A stretch of 32,000 nt of DNA, from contig NC_003551.1 in the NCBI RefSeq assembly GCF_000007185.1, forward strand, positions 120,001 to 152,000, written 5' to 3'. The notes beneath the pieces were generated by a model. That model was not told the origin of the DNA. It ran no database searches and was given only the letters and a program-made list of their open reading frames with translations. This stretch comes from Methanopyrus kandleri AV19 (GTDB taxonomy: Archaea > JAADCQ01 > Methanopyri > Methanopyrales > Methanopyraceae). Below, in pieces: positions 8,665 to 17,010 of this stretch (positions within the stretch are counted from its first letter, which is position 1; each line of letters begins with the position of its first letter). The translations under genes were made by a program, and so were the position numbers.

Positions 8665-11600
8665 TCACCAGCCCCGTGAAGTTCCGATCCTCGGTCTCCA
8701 CAGCGTGCCGACTAGGATGACCGCCGCCAGCAGCGCGACGATGAGGGCTACGAGTATCCAGCGAGGGACCGAGGTGGTGACGGGGGACTGCGCCGAGGTC
8801 CGACGAAGTATCGAGGCCCTCGCCGATCTCTCCTGCGAAGGCTTACCCTTACCCGCCGAGCTTCCGACACTCACTTCGACGGTAGCGGCCGACTTCGCGC
8901 CGACAGTTCCCCGGAGCAGGACGCCCGTAACCGATACCGGGACGGCACCCCGACCGGGACCGCTGAGCGCAGCCTGACTGGCCAGAATCGCCGCGATCGT
9001 GGCCGAAATCGCGACCGCTTGACTCGCGGTAGCTCGCACCGCCAAAGTTCTGACAGTCCTGGCGGCCATCGGGGCGGTTTCTCTCGTGAACGCGGGAGAC
9101 GTGAGCTGCCGGAGGATCCGGGCGACGAGCTCCGGATTGTTCATGTAGTTGGCGGCGAAGACCGCCATGGCCTCGCGGAGGTTGGGAACCAGTCCCTCGT
9201 ACTGGGAGAGCGCCTCCAAGAGGCGCTGCTGCACTACCGGATTCCCGCAGACTCCCGGACAGCAGCATAGGACGCCCCGGAGGAGCTCGGGCACGATCAC
9301 GTCCCGGACGAGGGCTACGAACTCCCGGCTCTTGAGGACTTCCTCGCTGATCAGCTTGTGCTGCGCCCGGTCGTACGCGATCACGAGCAGAGACACCGCC
9401 AGCGAGAACAGACCCTCCGGGGAGTATCGCGCCAGCCACTCCCGGTTCTCCACGAGCGTACTCGCCGTCCGACGGAAAATCCCCTCCCAGCCGAGGAGTC
9501 CCAATGCGAGCGTGGACCAGCCGCGGATGAGGTAACCAAGGCGTTTCAGGAGTTCCACAGCACCCGAGTACCCGTGGAACCGGAGCCCGCGGACGTAAAC
9601 CGGGTTGAAGACCGTACGCATCAGATCGTACCATGCGTAGGTGTCGAAGGGCATGAGTAGGGAGTACCGGAAGGCGGCCGTCTCATTCCCGGTGAGTGCG
9701 GCGAGCGTACGGGTGGTCACGGTGGAGAACAGCGAGGTCATGTTCGAAGCCAGGAGCGCCGCCAGGTAGCTGCCCGCACTGAGCTGAGAGGCGAGATCAC
9801 GCAACCAGGGGGCTAGGTTCGGGTTCGCCGCGGCCATCAGTTGGATCTCCTCCGCGAGCCTGCGCGCCATCTGCGAGTAATCACCGCCTACGTAAGAGCC
9901 GAGGGCCGCGTTCCTGAGGTTCAGGACCAACGCGTCGATCATCGTCTCCTGCTCGGGTAGCAGCCCGTTGACCGCGCTCACGGCCAGCCTCAGACCACCC
10001 TCGAACGCGTAGATACAGTCGTCATAGAAGAACGTGGCCTTCTCGTCGGACGAAACCATCGTGTGAAGCGTGCGGTCGGGCGCCGCGAGGTTCAGTGCGA
10101 GGAGGAGCGGGAAGCTGGCTCCCCAGTGCTTCGGCCCGTAGACGTAGCTGAGACCGGATATCCAGCTCAGCGCCAGGTTCAACCGATCCTCCAGCAGGAA
10201 CTCTCCGGACTCGATCGTCTTGCCGATCACGTTCGTGTAGTCACCGGGCGCCTGACAGAACACGTTGAGGGCAGCCAGTAACGGGAGATCCTCGTCCGGA
10301 ACCTCCCGGACCTGCTCGATCCAGCCCGTAATGATCCCACCGTTCGGAGAACCTCCAGAACCGGCATCCGGCGCGGAGGTTATGTTCGACTCCCGACAGG
10401 TCAACAGCGCCAGGTAGACGGCGGCCCAGTCCAGGAACGGATAGTTCTCAGCCGGTGGCACGAGAACGGCGAGGGAGGCCGCGGTGTTGACGACGGATTC
10501 GAAGTCGTATCCGTGTTCTGCGCAGAACTCCCCCACCAGGTCGTAGAGCCGCCTCAGCCCCTCCTCGAGCTCGCGAGCCAGCTCCTCGTCCGGGGTCGTG
10601 AGCGCCCGCCACAGCGCCGCCCGGTACACGTGCAGCACGGTCTCGTGGATCGGATTCTTCCACTCACCCTGGGATAGCCGCTCCACGGTCTCGCGCAGCC
10701 ACCGGCGAACCCAGTACACCGGGTATTCATCGATCCCGCGGATCTCTAGGACTTTGTCCACGTCGCTGACGATCAGGGAGCTGTGACTCAATAGTCGGGC
10801 CAGGTAGGGTTCGGCGGCCAGAATCGCCGCCACTCGGCCCAAGAACAGTTCCGTCAGGATGTTGTGCGCGAACACGTCTCGGAAGCACGAGGTACCTGTG
10901 ACGATCACGTCGGTGAGTCGACGTGGGACCTCCCGAAGCACCAGGCTGGCCGAGATCACCGGCTCGTCTCCCACGAGCGTTACCGTGCCGATCACGGTGA
11001 CTGTCTCTCCCTCCTCCGGCACGCGTCCCTCGTCTATCCGCACCCGGACTTCCGTACACCCGTCCGTTAGGACGATGTACCGCCCTTCCACACGTTCGAC
11101 TCTACCGCGGATCGGAAGCCTGCCGAACGCCCGTCCGACGGCCGAGAGTTGCGTGGGCGTGAGTACTTCGTCCTCGATCCTCTTCGCCTCTTCCTCAGAG
11201 AGGACCCTGGCATTAACGACCTCCACGCGACCGCCCGTGGACACCAGCGTGCCCAGTACCATGACTTCATCGTCCAAGTGGAGCGGTATCGGCAGCACGT
11301 TGACCGGACACCGCACCTCGATGCGTTGACCGCCCATCGGAGGCTCGAGCACCAGGCGAACGGCACCCGATCCGAGCGACTCCATCCGGACGATGCGGCC
11401 CACGACTAGAATCTGGCCGAGGCGTCGGGTGTAGGATACGCCGCTGGGGTTCATACAGAGGGATGGATCGACGCCCGTCACGACCCAGTCCGCGTTACGG
11501 TGCGGGAGCACACCCAACAGGAGCATCTGGACCGCGATCGGTAGCCCCCTGGTGTTGATGTTGTCCGTCGCCCAGTCGAAGGCCACCACCTTCCTAGTGA

Positions 11601-14600
11601 CCGTACGTAGCGGGATCGCGACCGTGTAGGCCACGTTGATCGAGATCCAGTCCGGCCACTTCCGGGGATCGAACATGCACGCGTTCCGGCCCGTGGGTAA
11701 TGCGTCGATCTGTTTGAAGGGGCTCGAGTTGAAACCCGGCGGCACGTAGCCACCGCTCAGCGCGTTGAGGAAGTTCGTACGTTCGAGCCGCGCGCTCTCG
11801 AAGAGCAGTTCAACGATCCGGGCCGCCTCGCGGTGTAGGTCATCGGCGTCCCGCGTCTCGGGTCGCTCGATCACTTCACGACACACGTCCAGGGCCCTGG
11901 AGTAGTCCAGTGCCCCCATCACCTCGTTCAGGAGTACCTTCGCCGCGAAGCTAGCCACGGTGCCGACGGGATCCTCTCCGATCGGCGGCATCCCGAACAC
12001 GTGGAGGCCGATCGGGACCACCTCATGCTCCTCCAGGTCGTGCAGCAGGAAGTACAGCTTGGCGCAGTTCTCGTCGAATTTCCGCTCGAACGCCTCCAGC
12101 GAGCTCAGGTTCAGCAGCTCGTACGCTCGCGTCTTCTTTACCAGATCCAGAATCGCCGGTTTCAGGGAGCTCAGGTGGGAGGACTGGTACCTCTCCAGCA
12201 GCTCTAGGAGTTGACCCATGTCGCCGGTGAGCTCCTCCTTGACCAGGGACTGAGGTAGGTAGTTCACTATCACCGCCCAGCCGCGGCGCTTCGCCACCAG
12301 CGCCTCCGACGGGTCCGCGACGTAGTACGGGTAGACCTGGGGCACGTTTTGGATACATATCTGTGGGAAGTCCCACCAGGACATGAACAGAGGCTTGTAC
12401 GGCAGCCACTCGTACGTCCCGTGTTTACCCGTGTTCACAATCACGTGCGCCCGGAACACCCGAGTGAAGTAGTAGTAACAGGCCAGATAGTAGTGACAGG
12501 GTGGCAGCACGGTGGAGTGGTACGCGACGCTGATCCCGACGTAGTAGCCTCGGGCGGGCTGGGGCGCGACGATGACGTTTCCGAAGTCGATCCCCCGTAT
12601 CACGAAGTACTTCTTTCCGTCGATCTCGACGAGATACCGCGAGCGCTCGGGCGGGCCCCAACCCGTGAACCAGCCGTAGAAGGCCTCAACTCGGCCCCAC
12701 TTGGCGTGGAGGGACCGACACAGCTCGAGAGCCTGATTCACCTCCTTCGGATCCGTCAGGGCACCGATGACAGCGTCCACCAGTGACTCCACGTCACGTT
12801 GGAACTGCTCCTTCGTCTCCTCGGGAACGTCCAGGTATTGCAGATGACCCGCCACGTAGGATACGAGTGACTTCAGTCCGTTGACGATGGCCTGCAACTT
12901 CAGCGGGTCGGTGATCGGACCGTGCTTTTGGATCTGAAGCAACACCGCCTCCAGGTACCCGAAGATGCCTTTCTCCATGCACAACCGAGCCTCCTCGGGC
13001 AGCGACCGGTACCATTTCAGGTACTCGTCGAGCGGCAACAGGTGCAGGTACCGGATCTCCTGCTCCCGCTCCACGAACCGACCGTGCTCATAGGCCAGCA
13101 GCCGGAGAACGAGCCTGTGACCTTCCACGTTAACGCGCCTCAGGATGTACGCACCGACGTTGGAACCCTCCTCCACCATGAGTCGTCCGAGGGCGTCGGC
13201 GAGGGGCCTGATGAGCCGATAGGCCTTGTAGTAGAGGTCGAGGGCCTCCTTCCACCTGCCCTCCTGGGCGAGCTCTTCCGCCCGTTCTTCCAGCTCCGCG
13301 ATCCGCAGCAGCATCTCCTCGATCGATAACCCGCGTGCCTCGGCCGGGATCTCGTCCGCGAACTCCAGCAGCTTTTCCTTCAGTTCCTCGGGAATTTCGA
13401 CGCGGTAGCTCGCCTTCATCAGCCATGCGAGAAAGTTCACGATCGACGCGGGTACGTCCAACGATGAGGCCGTACCGACGCCCTCCTTACCCGGCTCCGC
13501 CGCCCAGTACAGGATTACGACACGCTTCTCCCGGTTCGGGGTATTGCGTAGCTCGATCCAGGCCAGGATCCTGTCGGCGGCTATGCGGATCATCTCGGGG
13601 ACGGGTGTATCCGAGCACCACACGCGGTCCAGTAGCGCCTCGGGACCGTCCTTACGCCACTCACGGACCGAGATCGGGATCCCCTCGATGGCACCCAAGT
13701 TCTCCGGGATCACGATATGGTAAAGGGCGAACCAGTCCAGACCGCTCGGAGTACGCCAGCACGTCTGCCACTCGCTCATCGTCCAGGGCAGACTCACGAG
13801 CTTGATCACGGGTAGGTTCAGCTCCTTCAGCAGCTCGACTTCCGGCGAGTCGGGGGAACGCATCTTGAAGAACCCCGGGAGAAGCGCGATCGTCTGCACG
13901 TTGTACTCGGATACGATCCGCTTCAGAGCCAGTAGTACGTCCTCAAGGCATCCGTCGAGGATGTCGTAGTGAAGGCCCAAGACCATCGGGTTCAGACCGC
14001 GCTCCCTCAGCGCCTTACACAGCTCGCGGATGGGGGCCGTCCAACCGCTCTCCATCCTCGTAGTGTCAACGATTACAAGTACCGTCGGTCCCTCCCGGCG
14101 GGGTTCCTTACTCAGAACCTCCTCGATGATATCAGGGAGGTGTTTCCGGAGGAGCTCTACGAACCAGGCGGGGTAACGGGTGTTACCGAGGATGACGCCT
14201 CCATCGCCGTACCGCTCGATCAGAGTCATGACTTCTCCCGGATTGGGGTCGGACGGGCGGATTACCTCGTCGCGCTCGAAGTCGTAGCCTTCGACCCATC
14301 CGTCGAAGGGATGGTAGGGACCGGGGTGCCTCTCGAGGAAATAGGAGAACAGCGAGCGGAAGTTCCGAACGGAACGCGACTGTACGTACAGGGAGAGTGG
14401 AATCTCCAGCCCGTACCAATTGACCTTCACGGAGTCCAAACTCTTCACTTCGGACGGTCCCGGGAGCACGTTGTCGAACTCGAACACGCGTTTCTCGGAG
14501 GACGATTCCGAGAACAACTCGTTGAGGACGTTCCCGAACACCGTGTTGCTCGTCGTGTGGATCAACAGCAGGGTGTCGGCGGACTCGACCGCCTCCCTCA

Positions 14601-14793
14601 CGTGTTCCTCGGGCACGAACCCTTTGGAAACCGTGTCCTCTACGATGACAGTTACGGGCAGCCCGGAAGCGGCCTTCGCGGCGGGCATACCCGTGGACCA
14701 GTACCCCGTGATGATGACCAACTTACCGGCGTGAACGGGTGACACGGCGATCAAGAGCACGAACGCGATGACAAGTGTCAGCCTGGAACTCAT
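8665..14793 (-). CDS. Giant (2042 aa) secreted, C-terminally membrane-anchored CobN/ChlH-like chelatase homologue
   Basis: Signal peptide MSSRLTLVIAFVLLIAVSPVHA|GK. CobN motifs NTGKHGTYEWLPYK, YPYYVADPSEALVAKRRGWAVIVNYL, ALPTGRNACMFDP, FDWATDNINTRG, DVIVTGTSCFRDVF. Ala/Ser/Thr/Gly-rich linker, then TM helix WILVALIVALLAAVILVGTLW and a basic tail. GGGGGGTGG SD-like sequence precedes the ATG. Confidence 0.85.
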   Translation of the reverse strand: MSSRLTLVIAFVLLIAVSPVHAGKLVIITGYWSTGMPAAKAASGLPVTVIVEDTVSKGFVPEEHVREAVESADTLLLIHTTSNTVFGNVLNELFSESSSEKRVFEFDNVLPGPSEVKSLDSVKVNWYGLEIPLSLYVQSRSVRNFRSLFSYFLERHPGPYHPFDGWVEGYDFERDEVIRPSDPNPGEVMTLIERYGDGGVILGNTRYPAWFVELLRKHLPDIIEEVLSKEPRREGPTVLVIVDTTRMESGWTAPIRELCKALRERGLNPMVLGLHYDILDGCLEDVLLALKRIVSEYNVQTIALLPGFFKMRSPDSPEVELLKELNLPVIKLVSLPWTMSEWQTCWRTPSGLDWFALYHIVIPENLGAIEGIPISVREWRKDGPEALLDRVWCSDTPVPEMIRIAADRILAWIELRNTPNREKRVVILYWAAEPGKEGVGTASSLDVPASIVNFLAWLMKASYRVEIPEELKEKLLEFADEIPAEARGLSIEEMLLRIAELEERAEELAQEGRWKEALDLYYKAYRLIRPLADALGRLMVEEGSNVGAYILRRVNVEGHRLVLRLLAYEHGRFVEREQEIRYLHLLPLDEYLKWYRSLPEEARLCMEKGIFGYLEAVLLQIQKHGPITDPLKLQAIVNGLKSLVSYVAGHLQYLDVPEETKEQFQRDVESLVDAVIGALTDPKEVNQALELCRSLHAKWGRVEAFYGWFTGWGPPERSRYLVEIDGKKYFVIRGIDFGNVIVAPQPARGYYVGISVAYHSTVLPPCHYYLACYYYFTRVFRAHVIVNTGKHGTYEWLPYKPLFMSWWDFPQICIQNVPQVYPYYVADPSEALVAKRRGWAVIVNYLPQSLVKEELTGDMGQLLELLERYQSSHLSSLKPAILDLVKKTRAYELLNLSSLEAFERKFDENCAKLYFLLHDLEEHEVVPIGLHVFGMPPIGEDPVGTVASFAAKVLLNEVMGALDYSRALDVCREVIERPETRDADDLHREAARIVELLFESARLERTNFLNALSGGYVPPGFNSSPFKQIDALPTGRNACMFDPRKWPDWISINVAYTVAIPLRTVTRKVVAFDWATDNINTRGLPIAVQMLLLGVLPHRNADWVVTGVDPSLCMNPSGVSYTRRLGQILVVGRIVRMESLGSGAVRLVLEPPMGGQRIEVRCPVNVLPIPLHLDDEVMVLGTLVSTGGRVEVVNARVLSEEEAKRIEDEVLTPTQLSAVGRAFGRLPIRGRVERVEGRYIVLTDGCTEVRVRIDEGRVPEEGETVTVIGTVTLVGDEPVISASLVLREVPRRLTDVIVTGTSCFRDVFAHNILTELFLGRVAAILAAEPYLARLLSHSSLIVSDVDKVLEIRGIDEYPVYWVRRWLRETVERLSQGEWKNPIHETVLHVYRAALWRALTTPDEELARELEEGLRRLYDLVGEFCAEHGYDFESVVNTAASLAVLVPPAENYPFLDWAAVYLALLTCRESNITSAPDAGSGGSPNGGIITGWIEQVREVPDEDLPLLAALNVFCQAPGDYTNVIGKTIESGEFLLEDRLNLALSWISGLSYVYGPKHWGASFPLLLALNLAAPDRTLHTMVSSDEKATFFYDDCIYAFEGGLRLAVSAVNGLLPEQETMIDALVLNLRNAALGSYVGGDYSQMARRLAEEIQLMAAANPNLAPWLRDLASQLSAGSYLAALLASNMTSLFSTVTTRTLAALTGNETAAFRYSLLMPFDTYAWYDLMRTVFNPVYVRGLRFHGYSGAVELLKRLGYLIRGWSTLALGLLGWEGIFRRTASTLVENREWLARYSPEGLFSLAVSLLVIAYDRAQHKLISEEVLKSREFVALVRDVIVPELLRGVLCCCPGVCGNPVVQQRLLEALSQYEGLVPNLREAMAVFAANYMNNPELVARILRQLTSPAFTRETAPMAARTVRTLAVRATASQAVAISATIAAILASQAALSGPGRGAVPVSVTGVLLRGTVGAKSAATVEVSVGSSAGKGKPSQERSARASILRRTSAQSPVTTSVPRWILVALIVALLAAVILVGTLWRPRIGTSRGW

Positions 14794-14853
14794 CAGCCAC
14801 CCCCCTCGGGAAGATACCGGACGGACTTCTTTAGGGGGAATTAAGATGGATGA

Positions 14854-14858
14854 AAAAG
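14854..14858 (-). terminator. Oligo-T (T5) tract just after the stop of the 667-aa gene; possible partial archaeal terminator
   Basis: The minus strand reads TAA-tcccgcttcc-TTTTT-catcc. An AT-rich CTTAATT box follows, about 50 nt upstream of the next ATG. Confidence 0.25.
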
Positions 14859-14867
14859 GAAGCGGGA

Positions 14868-16871
14868 TTACGGGCGTCGCCGCAGCGCCAGCGCCAGCAC
14901 GCTCAGTGCCGCCACCGCCGGCGACACTGCAGGCGCCTTCTTCTTGGCCTTTATCACGATCGTCGTGGACTTAACGCCATACTTGGGATCTCTGTACTCG
15001 ATCTTGAGCCGATGCTCTCCTCGCTTCTCGGGCGTGTAGGTGATGGTCGCCTTGCCGTCGGAAACGTCGGCTACGCCGATGATCCTGTCACCTTCGTACA
15101 CCCGCACTTCGCCCGATGAAGCCGGCTGACCGTCGATTGTCACCTCGATCTGGATCGTTACCGGAGTACCAACCCGCGTCTCCCGTGGAACTTCGACTTT
15201 TAGCTCGACAGTGTGTCCGAATATCTCAGACCTCACACTCTCGGGTAGCCCCTCCACGGCCGCCAGTGCCGCCACTACGTGAGCCGTGGCGAAGGCGCAC
15301 TGGTTGGCCTCACGGCCCTCGAAGAACCGGCTCATGTAGAGGTAGTAGTAGCTCTGTGGCGTCGGCACGTAGAAGTAGTACTTGAGTCCTTTCTCCTTGG
15401 CTTCCTTGTACTGGCTGACCAGCGCATTAACAACGTTCTTCATCAACTGAATCGCCATGTCGTCCTCGTAGCCGAGCTCGACCGCCGTACACAATCCGAG
15501 CAAAGCCGCACACGTGCTCGCGAAGTCAGGTGATCCCTTGATGTACTCGTTGTACGGGAAGTACCCCGGCTTGTCCTCGAGCTGCATTCCGTACAGCCAG
15601 CACACGTACCGCCTCAGTGCATCGTGGAGCAAGTCCTTCGCCTTGTCGCTCAGGTACCCAGCCTTCTCGGCCTCGCGGATCGCCCATAGCGCGTAGAAGG
15701 CGTACTTGACTGGATAGTAGTAAGACTTCCAGTACAGACCCTGCTCCACCGCCTGCTTCTCCAGGAAACACGGGTTACCGTTGCCCTCGTAGAACCGCTC
15801 CACCAAGAAGTTGACAGCGTACTTGATGATGTCAGCCACCTTGTACGTCGATCCTCCGACGTCCACATCGTCGTCTCCACTTATGAGCCCCGTTTTGACG
15901 GCGTATATCAGCGTCAACACGGCACCAGCGGTATCGTAGACGGCGCTGTAGTCGACCCAAGTGTCGTCCTTCAGCCTCTGTCGGACCCAGTAAGCTATCT
16001 CGTTCTTCGAGTCAACTATCAGCACATCCTTTTTGTCCTGCTTCGAGCTGCAGTATACTTCTGGAACCAGGATTCCATTCTTGATCACGTACACAGCGTC
16101 ATCCTTGACCGAGTTCCATAGATCGTCGTCGACGAGTCCTAGCTCACGACCGACTAACAGTGGGATCAGCTGGTACAGGCAGACACCACCAATCGATCCT
16201 GTACGTATGTACCCACTTTCTTCGAGCGTTGTCCGGATGTCCTTGAGCGAATACTGGTAATAATACCCACGTGGACTACTGACCGTTAGTACCCACTTAA
16301 TAGCTCGCTTCACGGCATTTTTGAACTGTTCATCTGTCACTCCTTCCTCCACAGCTAACACTAGCATAGGGACAGTGAACTTAGTATCTGAGTACCCCGG
16401 TTCGCCTCCGAACCCAACGTATCCGTACTTGTCGTTCTTCTTAACGTAAATTACGCACTTACTGTTGTCAATAAGAGCCACTATCTTATCTCCTAGTTTG
16501 ACCGTCTCCAGCCCGTAGTCTGAGGGGAAGTAGTTGTACTTTTTGACGTAAATTACCCGGCAGTCTCCCTTGTACGTGGTCGGCCATGTGCCGACGTCGA
16601 CATCCTCTACCGTGAAGTCCCTGGACGCCACGCCCTCGTCTTGCAGTTGGCCGTCCTGTTCGGTCGCGAAGTGGACCTCGTACTGCTTACCGTTGTAGGT
16701 GCCACCCGGGTCTCGCAGGGTGTAGGTCTTGCCGACGTCCTGCTCGGTGAACTGATTCTCCACCAGCCACACTACGCTGTCCTTCAAGCACTGGTCGGCG
16801 TCTTCGAGCGTGGCCGCGCTGACGGGTCCTATCGCCGTTACGCAGCATAGGATCACGAGCAACTGTCTCAC
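14868..16871 (-). CDS. Secreted, C-terminally anchored protein: alpha/alpha-toroid (prenyltransferase/terpene-cyclase-like repeats) plus Ig-like domain
   Basis: Signal peptide MRQLLVILCCVTAIGPVSA|AT. Repeated helical-hairpin motifs: SVVWLVENQ, AIKWVLTVSSPRGYY, AVNFLVERFYEGNGNP, YVCWLYGMQLEDKPGYFPY. All-beta Ig-like segment HTVELKVEV...TTIVIKAKKK. C-terminus APAVSPAVAALSVLALALRRRP. Confidence 0.8.
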   Translation of the reverse strand: MRQLLVILCCVTAIGPVSAATLEDADQCLKDSVVWLVENQFTEQDVGKTYTLRDPGGTYNGKQYEVHFATEQDGQLQDEGVASRDFTVEDVDVGTWPTTYKGDCRVIYVKKYNYFPSDYGLETVKLGDKIVALIDNSKCVIYVKKNDKYGYVGFGGEPGYSDTKFTVPMLVLAVEEGVTDEQFKNAVKRAIKWVLTVSSPRGYYYQYSLKDIRTTLEESGYIRTGSIGGVCLYQLIPLLVGRELGLVDDDLWNSVKDDAVYVIKNGILVPEVYCSSKQDKKDVLIVDSKNEIAYWVRQRLKDDTWVDYSAVYDTAGAVLTLIYAVKTGLISGDDDVDVGGSTYKVADIIKYAVNFLVERFYEGNGNPCFLEKQAVEQGLYWKSYYYPVKYAFYALWAIREAEKAGYLSDKAKDLLHDALRRYVCWLYGMQLEDKPGYFPYNEYIKGSPDFASTCAALLGLCTAVELGYEDDMAIQLMKNVVNALVSQYKEAKEKGLKYYFYVPTPQSYYYLYMSRFFEGREANQCAFATAHVVAALAAVEGLPESVRSEIFGHTVELKVEVPRETRVGTPVTIQIEVTIDGQPASSGEVRVYEGDRIIGVADVSDGKATITYTPEKRGEHRLKIEYRDPKYGVKSTTIVIKAKKKAPAVSPAVAALSVLALALRRRP

Positions 16872-16903
16872 TTAAGTCATCCCCAACACGCCGGCTTCGG
16901 GAC

Positions 16904-16916
16904 GTAATTAATACTT
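16904..16916 (-). promoter_or_regulatory. TATA-like box for the 667-aa gene
   Basis: AAGTATTAATTAC on the minus strand, about 35-45 nt upstream of the GTG start at 16871. A GGGGATGA SD-like element lies in between. Confidence 0.35.
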
Positions 16917-17010
16917 CTTTCGGTCACGATGTTACCAAGAGGCTGCGGGTTCCGCCCGAACACTAAACGTTCTATAATCCGTAACGATTCTAGGAGGGGC
17001 GGAGGGAGGT

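Noticed and set aside
8705-14742. Many long ORFs antisense to, or in alternative frames of, the CobN-like gene (e.g. 8849-9634, 13335-13805, 13969-14742). Similar ones lie opposite glmS, gatE, tmcA, selB and glyS (e.g. 3504-4067, 23946-24635, 24413-25204, 27893-28462, 31393-31983).
   Set aside because: Their translations are low-complexity Arg/Ser/Pro/Gly-rich, have no recognisable motifs, and fully overlap ORFs with strong homology signatures. This is the expected stop-codon-poor artefact of a roughly 60% GC genome.
16872-17010. GC-rich segment GCGGGTTCCGCCCGAAC, as a possible tRNA T-arm or tRNA gene in the 139-nt spacer
   Set aside because: No acceptor stem, anticodon arm or GTTC(R)A-type T-loop context could be assembled on either strand. 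The spacer is better explained as the wHTH terminator region plus the promoter of the 667-aa gene.
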